Shown: in pieces, positions 1 through 7,881 of the stretch
How the letters are laid out: the number at the start of each line of letters is the position of its first letter
How positions within the stretch are numbered: the first letter of the stretch is position 1
Origin: an uncultured Chthonomonadaceae bacterium
Lineage (GTDB): Bacteria > Armatimonadota > Chthonomonadetes > Chthonomonadales > CAJBBX01
Assembly: GCA_964519955.1 (NCBI GenBank)
Contig: CAZFLM010000002.1
Span: 8,822-72,821 of the forward strand
Direction: 5' to 3'
Length of the DNA: 64,000 nt
The notes under the pieces: generated by a model
The model's database searches: none
Seen by the model: only the letters and a program-made list of their open reading frames with translations
Told to the model about the DNA's origin: nothing
Translations under genes and position numbers: made by a program

Positions 1-2233
1 CGTCCGGCTCGCCCGCGTGGTCGCGGTCCTCGAGCGTCCAGACCGCCACCTCCTGCTCCACCTTGGCGAACACCGAAAGGTCGAGCGTGCGCGTCAGGTC
101 CTCGCGCGTGTCGTTGACCGCGAAGATGGTCAGCGTTCGGCCGTCGCGGGAGAGCGTGGCGCTCAGGTCGACGCCCGTGTCGCCCTCGACGTCGGTGTCC
201 AGCTTCAGCGGGCGCACACCGGCCAGGTTCGCGTACAGCTCCTGCGCGTAGTAGGTCGGCGTCTTGTACAGCCGATGGTTGTCGGTCTGGATGATGCCCG
301 AGCAGAAGCTGTTCGTCAGGTTGGACCGGTTCGCGATCTCGATGACGTCCGCATTGCGGTGCATCACGTGGTGGTACCGCGCGCAGGCGAGGGCGTTCCA
401 CAGCGTGAGCAGCATGCCGCGGCCGACGCCCCAGTCTCCAGCGGTGGTGTTCCACTCCGTCACGCCGATGCGGATGCGGCGACCCGGCGCGTGCTCGGCG
501 ACCATCTGGCGGATGTGCGCGATGTCGCCCTCTACCCAGCCGAGGTTGTGGCAGCCATAGTGGTGGGGGCAGACGTAGTCGATCAAGTCGCCGGCCGCCT
601 TCAGAACGCCCTCCGTCGGGTACGAGGCGAGGAGCACGATACCGGGATCGACAGCCTTCATGGCTCGCGCGTAGAGCGACAGGCGCTTCTCGTACTCCTC
701 GCCGGCCTGCTCGTTGCCGACCTGCCAGTACTTGATCTTGTAGGGCTCCGGATGCCCGTTCTTGGCTCGCAGCGCGCCCATCGGCGTGGTGGCAGCGCCG
801 TTGAAGTACTCGACCTCGTCCGCCACGTCCTTCGCCTCGTCGCGCGCGGTGCTCACGCAGAGGAGCGGCTCGGCGCCCACCATGCGGATGAGCCGCACGA
901 TCTCCTCCATCCCGGGCCCGATCGGCTGAAGGCCGCCCCACGCGCGGAAGGGCTGCCGCTGATCCGGGTCGCCCACCGTCTTGCGCCAGCCGAAGTCGCC
1001 GTAGCTCGGCGCCTCCAGCACGCTGCCGCCGAACCGCACCACGGCAGGCTTCAGCGCCTTCAGGGCCCGCACCACGTCCGGCCGCCAGCCCTCGATGTTG
1101 TCGTCCGGCATCAGCGAAGCGTTGTCCAGCCACAGCGTCCCCGGCCCCCGGAACTCGATGCTGAGCGTCGCGTCCGTGTCACGGGCCGTCGGAACCAGGC
1201 GCACATCGAACTTGCGCCACTCGCCCTCGGGACGCAGCTCCGCGGAGGCGTACGGCTTGCCCTCGCGATGGAGCACCACGCGAACCGGTCCGCCGATGCC
1301 CGACTGCCGCAGGTAGCACCGGAACGTGAGGCCCCGCCCCTTCTCGACGAACACGCCGTCCTGTGAGATGCCCAACGTGCATGGCGCCCCGTCCACAACA
1401 GCCAGCTTGCCGCACGTCTTCCCCGTGACCGGGCTCTCCTCGTCGCGCGTGAACGCCGCTCGGTTCACCGCGCCGCTGGGATACCACGGCTTCTCGCGGA
1501 AGTCCGTCTCGGGCACGAACGCGAACCCATACGGGCTCAGCCCCTCGAAGCTGCCATCGTACAGGCGTTCGGCCCACATCGAGGGCACCAGGTCGCATAG
1601 GTACTCGATGAACTGGCCATACTGCATCGGGTTGATCTCGCCTGGGCACGCCGCGTCCTTCGTCACCTTCGCCGTCACCGTCGACATTTCCGTTTCCTCC
1701 AGCCGCATCTCGTCGAACCAGGCCGTTCCGACGCCCTGGCCAAACCCCACATAGAAACCGCACAGCCGCACGCCCCCGCCGTCCGGAGCCCGGAAGCGCA
1801 CCCGCACCTGCACCCAGTCCGTGTCGCCGCGGTGCGACGAGCCCGATGCGATAACCGCCTGCCCGCCCGGCTTCTGCACCTGCAGCGTCCCGCAGACCGA
1901 ACCCGTGCCCGGCTGCAGCCCCTTGGCCTTAACCCAGCCGCTGAAGCAGTACGACTTGCCCGGCTTCAGCCGCAGTTCCTGCGCGAAGGCCGTGTCCGAC
2001 GGCTTCTCCGAGGAAATGCGGAGCGAACGCTGCCCCTCGTGCCGCACCGCCTCGTCGGCAGCGACACTGGGCTGCGCGCCATACACCGTCATCTCCCAGC
2101 CGTCCAGCGGCGCGCCCGCCTCGAAGCCCGGGTTCCGCATATCGACGCTGCCCACCACCTTCTGCGCCCGCGCCAGCGGGCCGGTCGACAGCACCATCAG
2201 CACAGCGAGTGCGGCTAGGCACCTACTCAACAT
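1..2233 (-). CDS. Secreted GH51-type alpha-L-arabinofuranosidase-like glycoside hydrolase (signal peptide plus N-terminal CBM-like region); C-terminus cut by the window edge
   Basis: Absent from the ORF track because no stop lies inside the window. My own translation of the minus frame: ATG at 2233-2231 gives MLSRCLAALAVLMVLSTGPLARAQKVVGSVDMRNPGFEAG. The same frame gives PEPYKIKYWQVGNEQAG near 700-745 (GH51-like GNE acid/base motif) and ...LTIFAVNDTREDLTRTLDLSVFAKVEQEVAVWTLEDRDHAGEPD at 2-170. The listed + ORF 17..1366 is its antisense shadow. Confidence 0.8.
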   Translation of the reverse strand, partial: MLSRCLAALAVLMVLSTGPLARAQKVVGSVDMRNPGFEAGAPLDGWEMTVYGAQPSVAADEAVRHEGQRSLRISSEKPSDTAFAQELRLKPGKSYCFSGWVKAKGLQPGTGSVCGTLQVQKPGGQAVIASGSSHRGDTDWVQVRVRFRAPDGGGVRLCGFYVGFGQGVGTAWFDEMRLEETEMSTVTAKVTKDAACPGEINPMQYGQFIEYLCDLVPSMWAERLYDGSFEGLSPYGFAFVPETDFREKPWYPSGAVNRAAFTRDEESPVTGKTCGKLAVVDGAPCTLGISQDGVFVEKGRGLTFRCYLRQSGIGGPVRVVLHREGKPYASAELRPEGEWRKFDVRLVPTARDTDATLSIEFRGPGTLWLDNASLMPDDNIEGWRPDVVRALKALKPAVVRFGGSVLEAPSYGDFGWRKTVGDPDQRQPFRAWGGLQPIGPGMEEIVRLIRMVGAEPLLCVSTARDEAKDVADEVEYFNGAATTPMGALRAKNGHPEPYKIKYWQVGNEQAGEEYEKRLSLYARAMKAVDPGIVLLASYPTEGVLKAAGDLIDYVCPHHYGCHNLGWVEGDIAHIRQMVAEHAPGRRIRIGVTEWNTTAGDWGVGRGMLLTLWNALACARYHHVMHRNADVIEIANRSNLTNSFCSGIIQTDNHRLYKTPTYYAQELYANLAGVRPLKLDTDVEGDTGVDLSATLSRDGRTLTIFAVNDTREDLTRTLDLSVFAKVEQEVAVWTLEDRDHAGEPD

Positions 2234-4187
2234 GCGTTGCTCCCGTCCAGTTGTCGATATCGTCGAGATCGCACCAGCGCAGAATGCCTGGCAGGATCGC
2301 ACTGTAGATGTCATGCGAGTCGTAGTAGCGCGCGGCCACCCACTCGCGCCACGTCGCCATGCCCTGCCCGAGCTGCGGCTTGCCCAGGCGCTCGTCCAGG
2401 AACGCGGCGATGCGCCCGTAGATGCCATGACGCCCCTCGCAGCGCACCGCCACGTCCGACGCGTCCACGCCCCGCAGCAGCGGCAGCAGGTCCAGCGCAC
2501 GCAGCACGTCGTGGGTCCGAAGCGACACCAGATCGTCGCCCAGCCAGATCAGGTCGTCCGCGAACTTGTGCACCGTGCCGTAGAACTCCAGGTCCTGCCC
2601 CGCACAGATCGGCCGCGGCGCGAGCCCACCTACCCCCGATGTGTCGAGCACGAGCACGGCCCGCCCCGCCCTGCAGGTGGCCGCGATCCAGTCGATGTGC
2701 GGCTGCAGGCGGTCCGTGCCCTCGTCCCAGATCGCGAGCGTCACGGGGAGCTTCTTGCCGGCCCGCAGCGCATCGCGGAAGAGCAGACCGTGGCCCAGCA
2801 AGTCCGGCTGCGAGCGCCAGACGATCGCCTGGACCGCCAGATCCTGCCAGCGCGAGGTCGAGTAGACCCGGGGGTTCAAGTCGCAGGCCACGCGGTCACG
2901 GCGCACGCCCCTGCGCAGGTAGGCGCGCGACGAGTCGCGGCGCGTGGCCAGGTCCATCTGCTCGCGCGCGTCCTCGGCTGCCTCCAGGCGCTCACGGTTC
3001 GTCTCGAACGCGAACCAGGCGTCAGCGATCTCGCCGCGCACCTGGCCGGACTGAGTGCAGTAGAGCTGGCTGGGCTCGAACGCGACGGGCTCGTCCTCCG
3101 GCAGCGTGGGCTCGGTGCCGAGCAGGCACTTGGCGAAGAACAGCGCGGCGGCGCGCGCCAGCTTCGGCGTGAACCAGTGGTTCGACTCATCCTCCACGTA
3201 CTGCAGCGCGTCGGGCTTTCCGAGCATCTCCCACACGCGGCGGCAGCGCTCAACCGTGCGGCGGACGCCCTCGATCGGGAAGAAGTCCTCGGTGACGGAG
3301 AGAACGCACACGGGCTTCGGAGCCATGCAGAGGAGCACGTCCTCGTGGTCGTAGCCGGCCGCCGTGAAGCCCCGCCAGATCTGCTCGGCATCCTGGGCGC
3401 CTCCGACCCACATATACGTCTCACGGTTCATCACGAACGTGGCGGGGGCGGCGGCGGCGATGCGCGAGTCGGCGAGCATCATCAGGCAGGTCTGCGTGCC
3501 GCCACCGGAGTTGCCTGTCACACCGATGCGGCTCGGGTCGACCTCCGGCCGCGTGCAGAGGTAGTCGATGGACCGCATCGCGTCGCCCAGCTCGTAACGC
3601 GCAAAGGCGTCGCCGAGGGGGATGCACTGCGCGCCGGCGTGGTCGTGCTCCGGGCAGCATGGCTCGATGGTGCAGCCCTTCAGCGCGGGCTCCCAGTAGC
3701 TCCAGCGCTCTCCCTGGCCGATGGGGTCCTGCGCCAGCACGATGAGCCCCGCGCGGCAGAGGGTCATGCAGACGCGCTGGTACTCCGGCTCGTGCTTGGC
3801 GCGCGCGTGGTGGCCGCAGAGGAAGAGCACGGCGGCGCTCGGCCCGGTCAGCCCGTCGGGGATGTAGAGGTTGGCGGTGACGTAGTGGTGCGCCCGCGAC
3901 TGGTAGATGACCTTCTCGACGCGGAACCCGTCGCCCTGCACGACGCCGGTGACCTGCGGGCTGAGCGGCCAGTCGCTCTTGACGTCGCCGCCCAGGCTGG
4001 CGAGGAAGCGCTCCCGCAGCCCGGCGACCCGCTCGGCGAGTTGCTCCGCCGTGGCGATGGCATCGCGCGCAGCGTCGCCCGCGGCGAATGCCCGCTCCGC
4101 GCGGCGGTAGATGTGCTCGCGCAGTTGGTCGCGCACATCGAAGAACCAGTCGCCCGGTGACAGGCGCTCCAGATCGGCGAGGGACAT
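2223..4187 (-). CDS. Alpha/beta hydrolase, acetyl-xylan-esterase-like (serine esterase) with extra C-terminal domain
   Basis: 654-aa ORF with a GNSGGG nucleophile elbow (GxSxG). GGAGG lies 6 nt upstream of ATG 4187. The stop (2223-2225) overlaps the start of the downstream GH51-like gene by 11 nt. Confidence 0.85.
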   Translation of the reverse strand: MSLADLERLSPGDWFFDVRDQLREHIYRRAERAFAAGDAARDAIATAEQLAERVAGLRERFLASLGGDVKSDWPLSPQVTGVVQGDGFRVEKVIYQSRAHHYVTANLYIPDGLTGPSAAVLFLCGHHARAKHEPEYQRVCMTLCRAGLIVLAQDPIGQGERWSYWEPALKGCTIEPCCPEHDHAGAQCIPLGDAFARYELGDAMRSIDYLCTRPEVDPSRIGVTGNSGGGTQTCLMMLADSRIAAAAPATFVMNRETYMWVGGAQDAEQIWRGFTAAGYDHEDVLLCMAPKPVCVLSVTEDFFPIEGVRRTVERCRRVWEMLGKPDALQYVEDESNHWFTPKLARAAALFFAKCLLGTEPTLPEDEPVAFEPSQLYCTQSGQVRGEIADAWFAFETNRERLEAAEDAREQMDLATRRDSSRAYLRRGVRRDRVACDLNPRVYSTSRWQDLAVQAIVWRSQPDLLGHGLLFRDALRAGKKLPVTLAIWDEGTDRLQPHIDWIAATCRAGRAVLVLDTSGVGGLAPRPICAGQDLEFYGTVHKFADDLIWLGDDLVSLRTHDVLRALDLLPLLRGVDASDVAVRCEGRHGIYGRIAAFLDERLGKPQLGQGMATWREWVAARYYDSHDIYSAILPGILRWCDLDDIDNWTGATHVE

Positions 4188-4253
4188 CGGTGACCTCCGT
4201 CAGTGTCGGTGCGCCTGATTGTTCCGTGCGGGGGCGCGGGTGTCCTGCGAATG
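4116..4253. repeat. Direct repeat copy A (138 bp): 5' end, SD and upstream region of the esterase gene
   Basis: Aligned by eye to 6452-6589 (offset 2336). The first 86 nt are identical (24 codons MSLADLERLSPGDWFFDVRDQLRE plus the SD). The next 52 nt carry 9 mismatches. Confidence 0.9.
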
Positions 4254-4340
4254 GGATGCAGTCGCGCTGGCTTGCAGCTACGGGCGCGCAGTGCGTGCCA
4301 CCTTGGCCGACAGCAGACGCCCACGAGGCCTATAATCAAA

Positions 4341-4376
4341 CGATTGATTGACAATCGGCCGAGTTCGTGGAATACT
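4341..4376 (+). promoter_or_regulatory. Putative TetR promoter with overlapping palindromic operator
   Basis: TTGACA (4348-4353), 17 nt, AATACT (4371-4376). The palindrome CGATTG-ATTGA-CAATCG (4341-4357) covers the -35, and AATCAA-ACGA-TTGATT sits at 4334-4349. ATG 4384 is only 7 nt after the -10. Confidence 0.45.
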
Positions 4377-4383
4377 CACAGGC

Positions 4384-4980
4384 ATGAGCAACGTGAAGAT
4401 ACGGCATGCCGAAGAAACTAGAGAACGCCTGCGGAGCGCGGCGCTGGCGCTGTTCGCTCGCAAGGGATACGATGCCACGAGCACGCGGGAGATCGCCGCG
4501 GCGGCCGAGTGCAACATCGCCATGATCAGCCACTACTACAGCTCCAAGGAGGGGCTGCTGCTGGCGGTCATAGGCGGGTTCCTGGCGGCGGAGGGCGAGG
4601 AGCTGCGGCGCCTGGCCCTCTCGGGCCTGACGCCGGAGCAGCAGTTCACTGGCTTCATCGACTTCCTCATCGACGACTTCGTCGCGCGGCCCCGAGCCAT
4701 GCTGGTCATCCACCGAGAGCTGCCGGAGGGCGGCACGCACGCCGCGGCCGCCCTCCGGCAGCAGATGGCGCGGAACCTGGACCTGATCGCCGAGCTGGTC
4801 GCCGCGACCGGCACATGCGCCCACTCCGCGCCGCGGCGGCTGGCCCACGCACTCATCGGGCTGCTCGTCTTCTACTTCGATCCGGACCGGGTCGACACCG
4901 ACCCGCCGACGGACGCGGAAGTCGCGGCGCTCAAGCAGTTCGTCCGCACCAGCTTCCTGGGGTCGGCCGCCACCCCATAG
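4384..4980 (+). CDS. TetR/AcrR family transcriptional regulator
   Basis: The N-terminal HTH region RERLRSAALALFARKGYDATSTREIAAAAECNIAMISHYYSSKEGLL is typical of TetR. Start trimmed from TTG 4348 to ATG 4384 (MSNVKIRH...). Confidence 0.88.
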   Translation: MSNVKIRHAEETRERLRSAALALFARKGYDATSTREIAAAAECNIAMISHYYSSKEGLLLAVIGGFLAAEGEELRRLALSGLTPEQQFTGFIDFLIDDFVARPRAMLVIHRELPEGGTHAAAALRQQMARNLDLIAELVAATGTCAHSAPRRLAHALIGLLVFYFDPDRVDTDPPTDAEVAALKQFVRTSFLGSAATP

Positions 4981-5035
4981 GCCGGCTCGACGCCGGAGCC
5001 ATCGCATATCCAACCTACCTAGCGAAAGAGAAGGA

Positions 5036-6271
5036 ATGTCCACGCATACCAACGCACCCTTCGACACTATCGCAATACCCGCACAGCGCTTGGGGCAGAC
5101 CGGCATTGTCGTACTGCTCGCCCTCCTGTCTGCCTTCGTCCCGCTCGCAACGGATCTCTACCTGCCCGCGCTGCCCCAGATGTCGAAAGCGCTGCACACC
5201 ACGCCGGCGTTCGTTAGCATGACCCTATCGCTGTACCTGGTGGCCTTCAGCGTCGGCACGCTCTTCTGGGGAGCGCTGAGCGACAAGTACGGCCGCCGGC
5301 CAATGCTGCTCGCGGGGCTGGTGCTCTTCACCGCAACCAGCCTCCTCTGCGCGCTTGCGGCGAACATCGGGCAGCTCGTCGCGTTCCGCTTGCTGAACGG
5401 GCTCGCAGGCGGGGCCGCGCCGGCCATCGCCACGGTGCTCGTGAAGGACCTCTTCCAGGGCCGCAAGCGCATGACCACCATGGCCGTCGTGCAGTCGATG
5501 GTGATCGTCGCGCCGATCGTTGCGCCGGTGGTCGGCGCCTTCATCATCGACTGCTTCTCGTGGCGGGGGTGCTTCTGGGCGCTGGCGCTCACGGGCGCGG
5601 TTGGCTTCTGCTACAGCCTGGCCCTGCGGGAGACAGTGACGCAGCGCTCCGAGCACTCCATCGCCAGGACCTTCGGCCAGTTGGTGGTGGTCTACCGCAA
5701 CCCGAAGTTCGCGCGCCTGCTATGGATCTTCTCCGCCGCGGTGATTCCCGTGTTCGCGTTCATCGGCTCCTCGGCGTACATCTACATCGACGAGTTCAAG
5801 CTGACCAAGGTCCAGTACAGCCTCTACTTCATCTCCTGCTCCGGCTGGGGCCTCGTCGCGCCGCTCATCTACATTGCCATCTCGCGGCGGCTCAGCACGA
5901 AGGCAATCATCGATGGCTGCATGGCGGTGATGCTCGCCAGCGGCCTGCTCGTCTGCTTCGTGGGCCGGCTCTACCCGTGGGCCTTCGCGCTGTCCTTCAT
6001 GCCCACCATGGTCGCATTCAGCCTGATGCGCCCGCCGAGCACGAACCTGATGCTGGACCAGGAACACAGCGCCTCCGGCTCGGCTGCCGCGCTCATTAAC
6101 TGCCTCGCGATGGTCCTCGGCAGCGTGGGCATGCAGCTCATGTCACTCCCGTGGCGCTCGATGGTGCTCGGCCTCGGGGGGCTAGAGGTGGTCGTCTGTG
6201 CGGCCTGTCTGCTGATGTGGAAGGCGCCCTCCACCCGCGCCCACGTGGAGGCGGCAGCCGAGGCGACGTAG
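5036..6271 (+). CDS. MFS transporter, Bcr/CflA drug-resistance subfamily
   Basis: 411-aa multi-TM ORF. The LYLPALPQM and GALSDKYGRRP motifs are typical of Bcr/CflA MFS. It lies 55 nt downstream of the TetR gene on the same strand. Confidence 0.9.
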   Translation: MSTHTNAPFDTIAIPAQRLGQTGIVVLLALLSAFVPLATDLYLPALPQMSKALHTTPAFVSMTLSLYLVAFSVGTLFWGALSDKYGRRPMLLAGLVLFTATSLLCALAANIGQLVAFRLLNGLAGGAAPAIATVLVKDLFQGRKRMTTMAVVQSMVIVAPIVAPVVGAFIIDCFSWRGCFWALALTGAVGFCYSLALRETVTQRSEHSIARTFGQLVVVYRNPKFARLLWIFSAAVIPVFAFIGSSAYIYIDEFKLTKVQYSLYFISCSGWGLVAPLIYIAISRRLSTKAIIDGCMAVMLASGLLVCFVGRLYPWAFALSFMPTMVAFSLMRPPSTNLMLDQEHSASGSAAALINCLAMVLGSVGMQLMSLPWRSMVLGLGGLEVVVCAACLLMWKAPSTRAHVEAAAEAT

Positions 6272-6451
6272 GGAGGCGGCGGGTACGCCAGCCGAGGCGC
6301 TGGGCGGCCGCGTGCCCGCCAGGGGCGACCCGGACCAAGTGCGAGAGGGCGCCCGCCACCTTGGGGACGAATGCATGCGGCGGTCTTGGTTCGGCTTGGG
6401 GGCGCGGCCGCCCATCGCAACAGAAGTGCCCCCAAGGCTCTCCATGACGGT

Positions 6452-6523
6452 CTCGCGCAGTTGGTCGCGCACATCGAAGAACCAGTCGCCCGGTGACAGG
6501 CGCTCCAGATCGGCGAGGGACAT
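6452..6523 (-). pseudogene. Truncated duplicate of the esterase 5' end (first 24 codons only)
   Basis: ATG at 6523 with an identical SD encodes MSLADLERLSPGDWFFDVRDQLRE. It then diverges into non-protein-like sequence that reads antisense toward the MFS gene 3' end. Confidence 0.75.
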
Positions 6524-6589
6524 CGGTGACCTCCGTCGGGTAGGTTGCGCCTGCATGTTCCGTGCGGGGGTGCGGGTGTCCTGCGAATG
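6452..6589. repeat. Direct repeat copy B (138 bp) of the esterase 5' region
   Basis: See copy A. It sits on the far side of the TetR-MFS pair, next to the upstream region of the URO-D-family gene. Confidence 0.9.
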
Positions 6590-6680
6590 AGGCGCGGCCG
6601 GCTTCCCGCTGTCTGGCAGGAGGCAGGCGCACCCAGAGCGAACTTCGGGCAGAGCCGCGCGCTGGCCAGGAGGTGGACCC

Positions 6681-7763
6681 GTGACAACACACGCCGCGAT
6701 GACCCCGAAGGAACGAGTGCTGACCGCGTTCGCGCGCCAGGAGCCGGACCGCGTACCCATCAACTACCTGAGCAATCCGGGGATCGACCTGCGGCTGAAG
6801 GAGCACTTTGGACTGCGGGCGGACGACGGCGAGGGCCTGCTGCAGCGACTGGGTGTGGACTTCCGAGCCGTCCACGCGCCCTACGTCGGCCCGAAGCTGC
6901 ATCAGGATTACGCCGATCGGGTGGTCAGCAACTGGGGCATCCGGACGCACTTCGTGGAGCACCCCGCGGGCGGCTACTGGGAGTTCTGCGACTTCCCGCT
7001 CGTGGACGCCGACGAGGAGACCGTCGCCGCGTGGCCGATGCCCTCGCCGGATGACCACGACTACAGCGGCGTGGCCGAGGCGTGCCGGCGCTGCGGGGAC
7101 TACGCCGTCAACGGCGCGGCGGGGTTCGGCGACATCATCAACGGCAACGGGTTCCTGCGCAGCATGGAGCAGACGCTGGTCGACCTCTTGACCGACGAGC
7201 CGGCCGGCCTCCTGCTGGCGGACCGCCGCATGGCCATCCAGGTCGAAGTAACGCGGCGCGTCCTGGAAGCGGCCAAGGGTGGCGTGGACTTCCTGTGGCT
7301 GGGCGAGGACCTGGGCACCCAGTTGGGTCCGCTGATCAGCCTGAAGACGTTCCGCAAGCACATCCGGCCGCGGTACCAGGCGTTCTGCGACCTGGCCAGG
7401 GCGTACAACCTGCCTGTGATGATGCACACGTGCGGGTCCAGCAGTTGGGCGTACGACGACTTCGTCGAGATGGGCATCCACGTGGTCGACACGCTCCAGC
7501 CCGAGGCGCGCGACATGGCGCCGGCCTACCTCAAGCAGCGCTTCGGCGACCGCCTGGCGTTCCACGGGTGCATCAGCACGGCAGGTCCGGTCGCCACGGG
7601 GACTGTCGACGAAGTGCGCCGCACCTGCCGCGAGACGCTCGAGGTGATGATGCCCGGCGGCGGCTACTGCTTCGCTCCGACCCACCAACTGCAGGACAAC
7701 TCGCCGACTGAGAACGTGGTCGCCATGTACGAGACGGCGCACGAGTTCGGCAGGTACCGGTAG
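6681..7763 (+). CDS. Uroporphyrinogen decarboxylase (URO-D) family protein
   Basis: 360-aa ORF. GTG start with GGAGGTGG 7 nt upstream. URO-D/MtaA-like features include RVPINY and FHGCISTAGP...MPGGGYCFAPTHQLQ. Confidence 0.8.
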   Translation: MTTHAAMTPKERVLTAFARQEPDRVPINYLSNPGIDLRLKEHFGLRADDGEGLLQRLGVDFRAVHAPYVGPKLHQDYADRVVSNWGIRTHFVEHPAGGYWEFCDFPLVDADEETVAAWPMPSPDDHDYSGVAEACRRCGDYAVNGAAGFGDIINGNGFLRSMEQTLVDLLTDEPAGLLLADRRMAIQVEVTRRVLEAAKGGVDFLWLGEDLGTQLGPLISLKTFRKHIRPRYQAFCDLARAYNLPVMMHTCGSSSWAYDDFVEMGIHVVDTLQPEARDMAPAYLKQRFGDRLAFHGCISTAGPVATGTVDEVRRTCRETLEVMMPGGGYCFAPTHQLQDNSPTENVVAMYETAHEFGRYR

Positions 7764-7881
7764 CGACGATGGGCGGCGGGCCCGCTCCGCTCGGCGGCAC
7801 ACACGGAAGCGGGAGCCCCACCTTCCGGCGAAGCTCCCGCGCCTCTCACTGAGCGATGTCTCGTCGCTCGACGCTCAGGGC

